A stretch of 64,000 bases of DNA. Source: a virus (Duplodnaviria > Heunggongvirae > Uroviricota > Caudoviricetes). Below, one piece after another: positions 32,071-41,646 of the stretch (within the stretch, counting starts at the first letter, position 1; each line of letters begins with the position of its first letter). The DNA lies in IMG/VR virus record IMGVR_UViG_2579778842_000017, positions 5,703 through 69,702 of that record. One strand, 5' to 3'. The notes below the pieces were generated by a model. It was not told where the DNA came from and did not search any database. It saw only the letters and a list, made by a program, of their open reading frames with translations. The translations under genes were made by a program, and so were the position numbers.

Positions 32071-32550
32071 ATGAAAATCTGCTCAAGATGCCATCAACAG
32101 AAGGAAGAAAGGGACTTTCAAATCAGAAGAGCATCCAGAGATGGATTAACTGCCGCTTGCCGGGCTTGCCTGGCTGAATACGACAAAGAGCGCGCGGGAT
32201 TGCCACATCGAGTATCAGCAAGGAGAGAATATCAATCATCGGAACGCGGCAGAGAACGGTGTAACGCAGCCAAAAAGCGGTTCATTCAGAGCAACCCATG
32301 GAAAAGAAAAGCCCACATCATTGTGGGTAATTTTTTGCGCGACGGTAAGCTAATCCGACCACCACAATGTGAGTGCTGCGGATCAGAATGTAAACCACAG
32401 GCGCACCACTGCGATTACAGTAAACCTCTTGAAGTGATGTGGCTATGCAAAGCATGTCATGTTGAATGGCACAAGCACAACAAGCCAATATATCCAGACG
32501 AGGAACCAGTAACTCTCCCCTTCCCTCGTCACGCTATTCACGCAATTTAA
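32071..32550 (+). CDS. HNH-like zinc-binding nuclease
   Basis: 159 aa; CxxC pairs and AHHCDYSKP...WLCKACHVEWH signature. Confidence 0.5.
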   Translation: MKICSRCHQQKEERDFQIRRASRDGLTAACRACLAEYDKERAGLPHRVSARREYQSSERGRERCNAAKKRFIQSNPWKRKAHIIVGNFLRDGKLIRPPQCECCGSECKPQAHHCDYSKPLEVMWLCKACHVEWHKHNKPIYPDEEPVTLPFPRHAIHAI

Positions 32551-32558
32551 GGACTTAC

Positions 32559-33107
32559 ATGAATCACTTGATGGTTGACCTTGAAACAATGGGCAACGGG
32601 CCATACGCGCCAGTTATTTCTATTGGGGCGGTGTTCTTTGACCCGAATACCGGAGAAACAGGAGAAGAGTTCTCGGTAAATATCTCGCTTGAGTCATCAA
32701 TGCGATATCGGGCGCGTCCTGACGCTTCAACGATTTTATGGTGGATGGAACAGAGTGAAGAAGCCAGAAAATCGCTAACCAGCAACACTCAGGAGCTTTC
32801 AACGGCTCTTTCATGGTTATCTGAATTCATCATAAAGAACGCTAACCACAAATTCGTTCAGGTTTGGGGGAATGGAGCATCATTTGACTGCGTTATTCTC
32901 CGCAACAGTTATTCGCTGACAGGGCAGCCAGTTCCGTGGCAGTGGTGGAATGACCGCGACGTAAGAACAATCGTCGAGCTTGGAAAGGTAATAGGATTTG
33001 ACCCTAAGCGAGATATGCCATTCAAAGGAACTCGCCACAACGCGCTTGATGATGCCATCCACCAAGCCAAATACGTTTCAGCAATCTGGAAAAAATTAGC
33101 TAAATAA
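32559..33107 (+). CDS. DEDDh-family 3'-5' exonuclease
   Basis: Start refined to MNHLMVDLETMGNG (Exo I D-x-E); C-terminal HNALDDA (Exo III). Confidence 0.7.
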   Translation: MNHLMVDLETMGNGPYAPVISIGAVFFDPNTGETGEEFSVNISLESSMRYRARPDASTILWWMEQSEEARKSLTSNTQELSTALSWLSEFIIKNANHKFVQVWGNGASFDCVILRNSYSLTGQPVPWQWWNDRDVRTIVELGKVIGFDPKRDMPFKGTRHNALDDAIHQAKYVSAIWKKLAK

Positions 33108-33123
33108 TCAACAGGAGAAAAAC

Positions 33124-33420
33124 ATGCCAGCGCCTCTGTATGGTGCGGATGACCCGCGCCGCTGTTCCGGCAATTCCATATCGGAGGTGCTGGATAAATT
33201 CAGAAAAAACTACGATCGGATAATGTCGCTACCGCAGGAAACGAAAGAGGAAAAGGAATTTCGCCACTGTATATGGCTTGCAGAGAAAGAAGAACACGAG
33301 CGAATTTACCAGACATCAATCCGACCATTCCGCAAAGCCACATATACCCACTTCCCTGAATATATCGACCCGCGCCTGCGTAATTACCGCTCACGCTATG
33401 GCGCTATCAGTAATGACTGA
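33124..33420 (+). CDS. hypothetical protein
   Basis: 98 aa, compact spacing within the operon. Confidence 0.4.
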   Translation: MPAPLYGADDPRRCSGNSISEVLDKFRKNYDRIMSLPQETKEEKEFRHCIWLAEKEEHERIYQTSIRPFRKATYTHFPEYIDPRLRNYRSRYGAISND

Positions 33421-33430
33421 GGAATTTACC

Positions 33431-33598
33431 ATGAGAGGACTTGCATACAATCCCGGCATTCTTCCGGCAGAAATGATTATTCGCCAACGCGTAAAGCCAA
33501 TGCCATCGAGAGAGGAATTGCTTAAGAGAAAGAGTTTCGGTTCTGTTAATGACAACAAATATCTGAATGCGATGTGGCGCAAAGGAGGCAACCAGTGA
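33431..33598 (+). CDS. small hypothetical protein
   Basis: 55 aa from ATG after GAGGAA ribosome-binding site, within track ORF 33278..33598. Confidence 0.3.
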   Translation: MRGLAYNPGILPAEMIIRQRVKPMPSREELLKRKSFGSVNDNKYLNAMWRKGGNQ

Positions 33599-33835
33599 GT
33601 AATTCAGCACGACTACAGCTTGGTTTTTCACCGCTATCAAAAACTATCATGCTGGCAAAAATGCGCGATGTTGAAGGTGGACGTATGCGCGTTGGCAATG
33701 ATCCAGGTCGTGATGTTACCAATGAGGCTGCTCAATTGGTGTGGCGACTGGTCATGGCTGAAGGTGGTGAGATCGCGTGGGAGCTGGATGATGGTTCTCG
33801 CATGGTGTTGAAGGCAGAAAAGCAGGAGGCAACCA

Positions 33836-34651
33836 GTGAGCCAGATTGATTATCAGGCACTGCGTGCTAAGGCAGAAAAAGCAACGTGTGGCGAGTGGTC
33901 GCTCGAATATGGAGAGGGCCGATTTGATGGTGATGATGCGCTAATTCATCGCGAGGCTGCTGGATATATTCCCATTTGCAGAATTGAAGGAGCGCATCCA
34001 GAAAGCGGTTTCGATGAAGATTTCCAAATGGAACAGCAGGCCAATGCTGAATTCATCGCCGCAGCCAATCCGGCTACCGTCTTGGCGCTGCTGGATGAGC
34101 TGGAAAGAAAACAGCAATACATCAAACGCCGTGACCAGGAGAACGAGGATATTGCTCTTACGGTTGGGAAGCTGAGAGTTGAGCTTGAGGAAGTAAAACA
34201 ACACGCTGAAGAATTATCCGAAACCAAGGCTGTTCGTAACCAATGGCGACCAGATATTTGCCCAATAACCGGACGTGCATTTTTCATGTGGATTGAGCAT
34301 CCAACATTGGGGAATGTGCCGACATATGGTGGCCCATTAGATAGTTACACCATTCCAACAAAGGACGGTGACGGTGAGTTTTCATGTGAGCGTTACGATC
34401 ATGATTTTGGCGGTTGGGTAGAAAGCGAATGTCTTGGGTTATATCTGATTGATGATAGAGAACAATGCAGGGTCTACGAACTGGAGGAACACGTTAAGGA
34501 ACTGGATGCTCGGGAAATATCGCTCCCGGAACGTAGCAGCATGCTTCATCGAACAGATTTTCACGATGATTACCAAACGGTAATGGCATACAAAGTTTCT
34601 GAAGTCATCGCTGCAATCCGCGCCGCAGGCATTCGCATCAAAGGAGAGTGA
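33836..34651 (+). CDS. Ea22-like (ead) protein
   Basis: 271 aa; family typical of the end of lambdoid PL operons. Confidence 0.65.
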   Translation: MSQIDYQALRAKAEKATCGEWSLEYGEGRFDGDDALIHREAAGYIPICRIEGAHPESGFDEDFQMEQQANAEFIAAANPATVLALLDELERKQQYIKRRDQENEDIALTVGKLRVELEEVKQHAEELSETKAVRNQWRPDICPITGRAFFMWIEHPTLGNVPTYGGPLDSYTIPTKDGDGEFSCERYDHDFGGWVESECLGLYLIDDREQCRVYELEEHVKELDAREISLPERSSMLHRTDFHDDYQTVMAYKVSEVIAAIRAAGIRIKGE

Positions 34652-34655
34652 TGAT

Positions 34656-35171
34656 ATGGCGTTAACACACCGCGAACTCTGTCAGATTGCGTACAAGTTC
34701 CTTAAGCGCAACGGGTTCAAGGTTTGCTTTCATGACCGCTTTGTTGCTGTAACCAGTACCGGAGAACAGCCAGATGCTATGGGATTCAGAAATTCAGCAT
34801 CATGCCTGATAGAGGCGAAGTGTTCTCGTGCTGACTTGTTGGCAGATAGAAAAAAGCGTTTCCGTAAAAATCCCTCACTTGGCATGGGCGACTGGCGATT
34901 CTTTATTAGTGAGCCGGGAATTATTTCAGTTGAGGATTTACCTCCCGGCTGGGGATTACTTCACGTTATTAACGGAAGAGTACGGAAAGTACATGGGTGG
35001 CCCAATGGTAATTGCTGTTGGGGTAATCCTGACGATAAGCCATTTACTGGAAATAAGCAGGTTGAATGCGATTACATGTTATCTGCATTAAGGCGCATGG
35101 AGTTGAGAGGGCACCTTAATGAAATATATGACGGTGTAATTGTTAATAAGAAAGAAGGAAACGCGGCATGA
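34656..35171 (+). CDS. hypothetical protein with PD-(D/E)xK-like motif
   Basis: 171 aa; D...EAK arrangement (DAMGF...LIEAKCS). Confidence 0.4.
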   Translation: MALTHRELCQIAYKFLKRNGFKVCFHDRFVAVTSTGEQPDAMGFRNSASCLIEAKCSRADLLADRKKRFRKNPSLGMGDWRFFISEPGIISVEDLPPGWGLLHVINGRVRKVHGWPNGNCCWGNPDDKPFTGNKQVECDYMLSALRRMELRGHLNEIYDGVIVNKKEGNAA

Positions 35172-35710
35172 CCACTATTACCAATAAGAAACAGTATCCC
35201 AGCGAGCAATATCTTAATGAGCTGATCACCAACATAGAGTTTGCTGCAAGGGCACCAGTTGAAGTCGTGAGAGCGATGGCAGCAGAGCTACAGAAGCGGC
35301 GCGAAGCTGATAGTGCAGAACCTGCAAGTAATCATGAAGAGTTGCCGCTTGATTATCTCCAAGGTCAAAAAGATGGTCTTGAATGGGCTGCGCAGCTTGC
35401 AGAAGCAAATCACCCACAAACTGGCGACTGGCTTTACGATGACCCGCTGGAGCTGGCTAAAGCTATCAGAAAAGGTCCTGACATGCCCGAGTTCGCTGGA
35501 CCCCATCCGGTAACTCCGGATGGTTGGATAAGCTGTAGTGAGCGAATGCCCCCTCAAGATGATTGGATTTTAATTTATTCAAAGCACGGCGAGTATATGG
35601 CAGGACAGGTACAAGGGGAATACGTGGAGTTGAGCGACGGCACTTTATCGTGGTTAGGGAACGCCTTGTACTGGATGCCGCTGCCAGAACCGCCGCAGGA
35701 GGCGAAATGA
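35168..35710 (+). CDS. DUF551-type phage protein
   Basis: 180 aa; C-terminal W/P-rich module ending WMPLPEPP. Confidence 0.55.
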   Translation: MTTITNKKQYPSEQYLNELITNIEFAARAPVEVVRAMAAELQKRREADSAEPASNHEELPLDYLQGQKDGLEWAAQLAEANHPQTGDWLYDDPLELAKAIRKGPDMPEFAGPHPVTPDGWISCSERMPPQDDWILIYSKHGEYMAGQVQGEYVELSDGTLSWLGNALYWMPLPEPPQEAK

Positions 35711-36060
35711 TGGACTATTCACAGTTAAGTGATTTTGAAATTAACAGAATGGTAGGAGACATAATTTTTAAAGGCCTTTGGGCATGTAAACCGGAAACAT
35801 CAGGGAATAACACCAACAAATGGTATTACGGAAATGCTGATACAACTTTTGAGCCATTAAACCCTTTACCTGACTACTGCAATAATCCATCGGATGCATG
35901 GCCTATTATTGTTGATAATAAAATCAGTCTAACCTGCCACCAATCTCGCGGTGAGTGGTCAGCTGTTTTTAATGCCGAGAACATTTGCTTTCATGCGAAT
36001 AATCCACTCCGAGCCGCCATGATTGTATTTCTCATGATGCAGGAAAATCAGAATGGCTAA
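35707..36060 (+). CDS. DUF2591/NinX-like protein (copy B)
   Basis: Start refined to MMDYSQLSDFEIN...; first 12 aa and last LRAAMIVFLMMQ identical to copy A, middle divergent. Confidence 0.55.
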   Translation: MMDYSQLSDFEINRMVGDIIFKGLWACKPETSGNNTNKWYYGNADTTFEPLNPLPDYCNNPSDAWPIIVDNKISLTCHQSRGEWSAVFNAENICFHANNPLRAAMIVFLMMQENQNG

Positions 36061-36391
36061 ATCAGCAGCAGAGCGCAAAGCCGCTCAGAGAGCCAGACAA
36101 GCTGCATCTGGTGTGCGTAAGCTGGAGATTGTGCTTGATGCTCAGGAAATTGAAATGCTGGAGCGTAACTGTGCCACGCGTCGCCCCGGGCGTGCGCCTT
36201 ACGAATTTGGTGAGTATATAGCGTTACTGATCCGCCAGGATGATGCACGCGTGCACGGGCGTATAAAATCGATCAGCAGAAAACGTTGCGGTAAGTGCGG
36301 CGAGAGAGTTCCTGTGAATTCATGCCCGTGTAATGGTGACTCGCAATGCTGGGTGACTAAAGGCTGGCATGAAACGAAATTAATAGTGTGA
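36053..36391 (+). CDS. hypothetical protein (Cys-rich C-terminus)
   Basis: 112 aa; the stop codon lies inside the GTGACATGTCAC palindrome. Confidence 0.45.
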   Translation: MAKSAAERKAAQRARQAASGVRKLEIVLDAQEIEMLERNCATRRPGRAPYEFGEYIALLIRQDDARVHGRIKSISRKRCGKCGERVPVNSCPCNGDSQCWVTKGWHETKLIV

Positions 36392-36399
36392 CATGTCAC
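36388..36399. promoter_or_regulatory. perfect 12-bp palindrome GTGACATGTCAC (copy 1)
   Basis: Exact palindrome; identical copy at 56151..56162. Confidence 0.35.
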
Positions 36400-36440
36400 G
36401 AGTAGATTATGCATGATGAATTTGATGGGTTTTGAATACT

Positions 36441-36466
36441 GCCGCCAACTATGGCGGCTTTATTTT
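36441..36466 (+). terminator. intrinsic terminator between early-left operon and terS-B
   Basis: GCCGCC-AACTAT-GGCGGC hairpin followed by TTTATTTT. Confidence 0.55.
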
Positions 36467-36473
36467 GCATGGT

Positions 36474-36502
36474 ACTATTACCACAACGGTAACTATTACC
36501 AC
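36474..36502 (+). repeat. 11-bp direct repeat ACTATTACCAC x2 upstream of terS-B
   Basis: Copies at 36474 and 36492; second embedded in GGTAA-CTA-TTACC. Confidence 0.35.
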
Positions 36503-36509
36503 GGTGGTT

Positions 36510-37106
36510 ATGATGCCTGCTGAACCTAAAACCTATAAACGCAAATCAACGCAATTTAAGCCACTAACAGCAATGCAGGAGGCTTATTGCCAGTCATACA
36601 TCAAAACGCCTGAAAACCAGACTCAGGCAGCGATTAACGCAGGATTCTCCCCAAATACAGCGGCAGTTAAAGCCAGTGTCATGATGCGCGATGAACGCAT
36701 TCAAAAACGGATTGCCGAGCTGATGGAGGAGCGCAACAAACGAATGCGCGTCAGTGCTGATTACGTTCTCATGCGCCTGGTGGAGATCGACCAGATGGAC
36801 GTGATTGATATCCTCAACGACGATGGGAGTCTTAAGCCAATCCGCGAGTGGCCGAAAATCTGGCGCACTACGCTTAGTGGCTTTGATCTGTCATCGACCA
36901 TCATGAACATGAACGAGGATTCGATAGAGACAATCCTCAAAAAAATTAAATGGCCTGACAAGATGAAGAACCTCGAACTGATTGGTAAGCACGTCGACGT
37001 TAACGCGTTCAAAGAGCGCCTGGAGGTTTCCGGCACGGTCACCATCGCCGACCGCATGGCCGCCGCCCGGCGCCGCGTCATAGAGCAGGCTGGTGGTGAA
37101 GAATGA
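36510..37106 (+). CDS. terminase small subunit (module B)
   Basis: Start refined to MMPAEPK... downstream of the terminator (track ORF from 36432); directly precedes terminase large subunit. Confidence 0.65.
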   Translation: MMPAEPKTYKRKSTQFKPLTAMQEAYCQSYIKTPENQTQAAINAGFSPNTAAVKASVMMRDERIQKRIAELMEERNKRMRVSADYVLMRLVEIDQMDVIDILNDDGSLKPIREWPKIWRTTLSGFDLSSTIMNMNEDSIETILKKIKWPDKMKNLELIGKHVDVNAFKERLEVSGTVTIADRMAAARRRVIEQAGGEE

Positions 37107-38578
37107 CAGCCGCAGCCATGTCGCCGGAAGAGCAACTCGTCGAGGATATCGCCTCGTTCACGTATGACCCGCTGGGCTATGCGCTGTATGCGTTTCCGTG
37201 GGGCGAGGAAGGCACAGAGCTGGCGCACGCCACCGGTCCGCGTAAGTGGCAGGCAGACGCATTCCGCGAGATACGCGATCACCTGCAGAACCCGGCGACG
37301 CGTCACCAGCCGTTGATGCTGGCCCGCGCATCCGGCCACGGCATCGGCAAGTCAGCTTTCATCTCAATGCTGATTAACTGGGGCATGTCCACTTGCGAGG
37401 ATTGTAAGGTCGTGGTGACCGCCAACACCGACAACCAGCTACGAACGAAGACCTGGCCGGAAATTATCAAGTGGTCGAACCTTGCTATCACGAAAGACTG
37501 GTTTACCTGTACCGCTACCGCGATGTACAGCAATGACCCTGGGCACGACAAGCGGTGGCGAGCTGACGCAATCCCCTGGTCTGAGCACAACACTGAGGCA
37601 TTCGCCGGATTACACAATGAGCGCAAACGCATCATCGTGGTATTCGATGAAGCGTCGAACATTGCGGATCTGGTGTGGGAAGTTGCTGAGGGTGCGCTTA
37701 CGGACGAAGACACTGAGATTATCTGGGTGGCGTTCGGAAACCCGACACGTAACACCGGGCGTTTCCGCGAATGTTTCCGCAAATATAAACACCGCTGGAA
37801 AACTGCACAGATTGACAGCCGGACGGTGGAAGGTACTAACAAGCAGCAATTACAGAAATGGGTTGATGACTACGGGGAAGACAGCGACTTCGTTAAAGTC
37901 CGTGTGCGCGGCATATTTCCTGATGCATCTGAATTGCAGTTTATCCCTACCGGTCTTACTGACGAGGCAATGAAACGGGTGGTAACTGCTGCGCAGGTGG
38001 CACATGCTCCGGTGATAATCGGCGTTGACCCGGCATACTCCGGCGTTGATGACGCTGTGATATACCTGCGGCAGGGGCTGCACAGTAAGGTGCTGTGGAC
38101 TGGCAACAAGACCACTGACGATCTGATAATGGCGAAGCGTATCGCTGACTTTGAAGACCAGTACCAGGCTGACGCAGTGTTCATCGACTTCGGTTACGGA
38201 ACCGGTCTGAAATCAATCGGTGACGGATGGGGTCGTACATGGCAACTTGTTCCGTTCGGTGGCGCGTCTACTGACCCGCAGATGCTCAACAAGCGTGGGG
38301 AGATGTTCAACTCATGCAAGACATGGCTGAGGCTGGGCGGCATGCTGGATGACCAGGAAACAGCGGACGACCTGTCTGCGGCAGAGTACAAAGTTCGAGT
38401 GGACGGTAAAATCGTTATCGAACCGAAGGAAGATATCAAGGAGCGGCTTGGGCGTTCGCCTGGTAAAGGCGATGCGCTACTGCTGACGTTTGCTTTCCCG
38501 GTGTCAAAGCGCCTGCGACTTCCCGGGCAGCAGAACCAGCAAGGCAAGGCCATCACAGATTACGATCCCTATGCTTAA
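37103..38578 (+). CDS. terminase large subunit (module B)
   Basis: 491 aa; Walker A-like ASGHGIGKS, ATPase and nuclease halves. Confidence 0.85.
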   Translation: MTAAAMSPEEQLVEDIASFTYDPLGYALYAFPWGEEGTELAHATGPRKWQADAFREIRDHLQNPATRHQPLMLARASGHGIGKSAFISMLINWGMSTCEDCKVVVTANTDNQLRTKTWPEIIKWSNLAITKDWFTCTATAMYSNDPGHDKRWRADAIPWSEHNTEAFAGLHNERKRIIVVFDEASNIADLVWEVAEGALTDEDTEIIWVAFGNPTRNTGRFRECFRKYKHRWKTAQIDSRTVEGTNKQQLQKWVDDYGEDSDFVKVRVRGIFPDASELQFIPTGLTDEAMKRVVTAAQVAHAPVIIGVDPAYSGVDDAVIYLRQGLHSKVLWTGNKTTDDLIMAKRIADFEDQYQADAVFIDFGYGTGLKSIGDGWGRTWQLVPFGGASTDPQMLNKRGEMFNSCKTWLRLGGMLDDQETADDLSAAEYKVRVDGKIVIEPKEDIKERLGRSPGKGDALLLTFAFPVSKRLRLPGQQNQQGKAITDYDPYA

Positions 38579-38668
38579 TCCGCTTGAGGGGATAATGTCG
38601 TTGATATCCTCTGATGAGGATAAAACAAAGCCAGCTCATAGGCTGGCTGTTTGTGATATGTCACGGTG

Positions 38669-39040
38669 TTATTGCTCGCTTAACTTCTGCTTCAGCAAGT
38701 AACCTTCAAGCATCCAGATTTTGTTTACAGCATTCTGTCGGGCAATCTTCCGACCAATTTCTGCATCAAAGTTTTCCGGGCTTGCACAGGCGCTCTCTCC
38801 GGTGACGGTGAAGCCGTTGCGCAGCACCAGGACGCAGAACGTCAGCAGAGAAAGTGATTCGTGCGGCTGGTAGTTTACCTCTCCGCCAGTATGTTTCGCT
38901 TTTATGGCTACGCCAAAGGCACCATCTTCTGCTGTGAAATATGCCTCCTGAGCAATAATGCTCTCGATATGGTCTGGCGTAACGCGCGGCGCGGCTAAAC
39001 CTTTAGCCTGAATTTCAGATTCAATGTCTTTGTCACTCAT
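38669..39040 (-). CDS. hypothetical protein (antisense to module B late genes)
   Basis: 123 aa on the opposite strand between terL-B and the tRNA. Confidence 0.5.
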   Translation of the reverse strand: MSDKDIESEIQAKGLAAPRVTPDHIESIIAQEAYFTAEDGAFGVAIKAKHTGGEVNYQPHESLSLLTFCVLVLRNGFTVTGESACASPENFDAEIGRKIARQNAVNKIWMLEGYLLKQKLSEQ

Positions 39041-39241
39041 AGTCTAATCTCACCTTAAAAATGCCCGGCGAACCGGGCGAACTGGAAGCAATGAGTTATG
39101 CCTTCCGTGGCTGTACGGGTTTACAGCATGAAGTCATCGCAATGGCGTCCTGCTGTAAAAAGGGCGGTGATAGTCCTTCAAGGGAAACCATCACCGCCAA
39201 GCCCCTGGAACTTCTGGCATCACGGTCCTTAGGCGTGATTC

Positions 39242-39318
39242 TGGCGTGGCATGCAGGATTCGAACCTGCGACCAACCGCTTAGAAGGCGGTTGCTCTGTC
39301 CGACTGAGCTAATGCCAC
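39242..39318 (-). tRNA. tRNA-Arg (anticodon UCU)
   Basis: 77-nt cloverleaf folded by hand: 7-bp acceptor stem, T-loop TTCGAAT, anticodon loop CTTCTAA, 3' CCA encoded; differs from E. coli argU in the acceptor stem. Confidence 0.9.
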
Positions 39319-39640
39319 AACGCTGAGAGCACTTAGCCTGTTAAGGCACCACACTTTGTCGCGGCTCCATAAATGCTCTCATCGTTGTACCCTCGTCTCT
39401 TCCGAGGCGTCACACCGAATCGCCGGGATGGTGAATCCCCGTGCGCGGCATAAAACCGCTCGACTTGCACATTCCGGCTACCTGGTTCGTTTGCCCGAGC
39501 AAGGGAGGGTGCCCCTTAAACGTATCCAGACCGCTATCGGCGCATGTGCCATACGCCGTACTGCTCAAAATAAAAGCTCACTCCACCTGTTCAATTTAAC
39601 GACAAGCCAGTCAGGTTAATAACAGGAATGCACTCTATGC

Positions 39641-39655
39641 TTACCTGAAAGGTAA
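39641..39655. promoter_or_regulatory. operator-like palindrome TTACC-TGAAA-GGTAA (site 2 of 5)
   Basis: Exact match about 90 nt upstream of the 39746 ORF and portal; flanks resemble site 5. Confidence 0.4.
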
Positions 39656-39745
39656 TAATTCGTGCGTTAAATGTCAACTACCTACGATAAATAAATCATA
39701 TGTGGTTAAATTGGTAATAATTTAATTGCGTACGGAGTCATTGAT

Positions 39746-39952
39746 ATGTGCATGGGTAGCTCACCATCAGTGCCTGCAACACCAGAAGTTCAGGCAGCAC
39801 CACAGGAGCAGGATGCCGCCGTTGTTGATGCCCGCGACGAAGAAACTCGTCGCCGTCGCGCTGCTGCTGGTCGTAGTTCTACGCTGCTTACCGGTTCTCA
39901 GGGCGACACATCAACCGCTAATACCAGCGGTAAAACGCTGCTTGGTCAGTAA
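39746..39952 (+). CDS. small hypothetical protein preceding portal B
   Basis: 68 aa; GGAG ribosome-binding site; the 12 nt before its ATG (CGGAGTCATTGA) recur before the portal ATG. Confidence 0.35.
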   Translation: MCMGSSPSVPATPEVQAAPQEQDAAVVDARDEETRRRRAAAGRSSTLLTGSQGDTSTANTSGKTLLGQ

Positions 39953-39966
39953 CCGGAGTCATTGAA

Positions 39967-41646
39967 ATGGCGGAAACAACTAAAGAGCGATTGAACAAAC
40001 AGTTCGCACAACTTGAAAGCGAGCGTCAGTCGTTCGAGCCGCACTGGCGCGAGTTGAGTGATTACATCAACCCGCGTGGTTCCCGCTTTCTGACTTCTGA
40101 GGTCAACCGTAACGATCGACGCAATACACGCATTATTGATTCGACCGGGACTATGGCGGCGCGCACTCTCGCCAGCGGCATGATGTCAGGCATCACAAGC
40201 CCCGCGCGTCCGTGGTTTCGCCTGGCTACGCCAGATCCTGAAATGATGGATTATGGCCCTGTTAAGTTGTGGCTTGAGGCGGTGCAGAACCGCATGAACG
40301 ATATGTTCAATAAGTCGAATCTCTATCAGTCGCTGCCGCAGTTATACGGAAGCCTCGGCACATACAGCACTGGTGCAATGGCAGTGCTGGAGGATGACGA
40401 GGACATCATTCGCACAATGCCATTCACGATAGGCAGTTACTACCTGGCTAACTCACCTCGTGGCAGTGTGGACACCTGTTTTCGCAAGTTCTCTATGACT
40501 GTTCGTCAGCTTGTTCAGGAGTTCGGGCTAAATAACGTCAGCGAATCCGTAAAAAGCATGTGGGAAAGCGGCACCTACGAGAAGTGGATTGAAGTGATGC
40601 ATTCGGTTTACCCGAACATTGACCGCGATACATCGAAGCTGGATAGCAAGAACAAGCCATTCAAATCGGTTTATTACGAGGTTGGTGGCGATAACGACAA
40701 GTTGTTGCGTGAGTCCGGATTCGATGAGTTTCCAATTATGGCTCCGCGCTGGGAAGTTAACGGCGAAGATGTTTATGGATCATCATGCCCGGGCATGCTG
40801 GCGCTTGGACCTGTTAAGGCATTGCAGCTTCTCCAGAAGCGCAAGTCGCAGTTGATTGATAAAGCCACCAATCCGCCGATGGTTGCTCCGATTTCCCTCA
40901 AGAATCAGCGTGCCTCCCTTCTTCCTGGCGACATCACGTATATCGATCAGATTACTGGTCAGGATGGTTTCAGGCCTGCTTATCTGGTTAACCCCAGTAC
41001 AGCAGATTTGGTGGCAGACATTCAGGACACTCGTCAAATCATTAACAGCGCCTACTTTGTCGATCTGTTCATGATGTTGCAGAACATCAATACCCGCTCG
41101 ATGCCTGTTGAAGCGGTGATCGAAATGAAAGAAGAAAAACTTCTGATGTTGGGGCCGGTTCTGGAGCGTCTGAACGACGAATGTCTTAATCCTCTCATTG
41201 ACCGCGCTTTCTCGATGATGGTGCGTAAAAACATGTTGCCGCCACCGCCTGACGCGATGGAAGGCATGCCCCTGAAGGTCGAATACATTTCCGTCATGGC
41301 TCAGGCGCAGAAGTCTATCGGCCTGTCCAGTCTGGCGTCCACGGTTAACTTCATTGGTCAACTTGCGCAAGCGAAACCAGAAGCTCTCGACAAACTCAAC
41401 GTTGATCAGGCGATCGATGCATTCGCTGATATGTCCGGAGTGTCTCCAACCGTCATTGTTCCGCAGGAACAGGTTGAGCAGGCTCGCCAGCAACGGGCAC
41501 AGCAACAACAGCAGCAACAAATGATGGCCATGGGGATGGCGGCGGCACAGGGTGCCAAGACGCTAAGCGAAGCTAAAACTTCGGATCCGAGTGTTTTGTC
41601 AGCTATGGCGAATGCAGTTAGTGGTCAGGGTGGGCAATCACAATGA
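39967..41646 (+). CDS. portal protein (module B)
   Basis: 559 aa following terminase; size compatible with T7 gp8-type portals. Confidence 0.75.
   Translation: MAETTKERLNKQFAQLESERQSFEPHWRELSDYINPRGSRFLTSEVNRNDRRNTRIIDSTGTMAARTLASGMMSGITSPARPWFRLATPDPEMMDYGPVKLWLEAVQNRMNDMFNKSNLYQSLPQLYGSLGTYSTGAMAVLEDDEDIIRTMPFTIGSYYLANSPRGSVDTCFRKFSMTVRQLVQEFGLNNVSESVKSMWESGTYEKWIEVMHSVYPNIDRDTSKLDSKNKPFKSVYYEVGGDNDKLLRESGFDEFPIMAPRWEVNGEDVYGSSCPGMLALGPVKALQLLQKRKSQLIDKATNPPMVAPISLKNQRASLLPGDITYIDQITGQDGFRPAYLVNPSTADLVADIQDTRQIINSAYFVDLFMMLQNINTRSMPVEAVIEMKEEKLLMLGPVLERLNDECLNPLIDRAFSMMVRKNMLPPPPDAMEGMPLKVEYISVMAQAQKSIGLSSLASTVNFIGQLAQAKPEALDKLNVDQAIDAFADMSGVSPTVIVPQEQVEQARQQRAQQQQQQQMMAMGMAAAQGAKTLSEAKTSDPSVLSAMANAVSGQGGQSQ

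Noticed and set aside
33574-33849. 91-aa track ORF (33574..33849) upstream of the Ea22-like gene
   Set aside because: Overlaps neighbouring ORFs at both ends, has no clear start codon context and no recognisable motifs; could be real but not supportable.
39061-39312. 83-aa plus-strand ORF
   Set aside because: Overlaps the tRNA-Arg gene on the other strand; the tRNA fold is far better supported.
39319-39640. Possible second tRNA or tmRNA fragment upstream of tRNA-Arg
   Set aside because: No T-loop, anticodon stem or acceptor pairing could be built by hand; left as unexplained sequence rather than called as an RNA gene.
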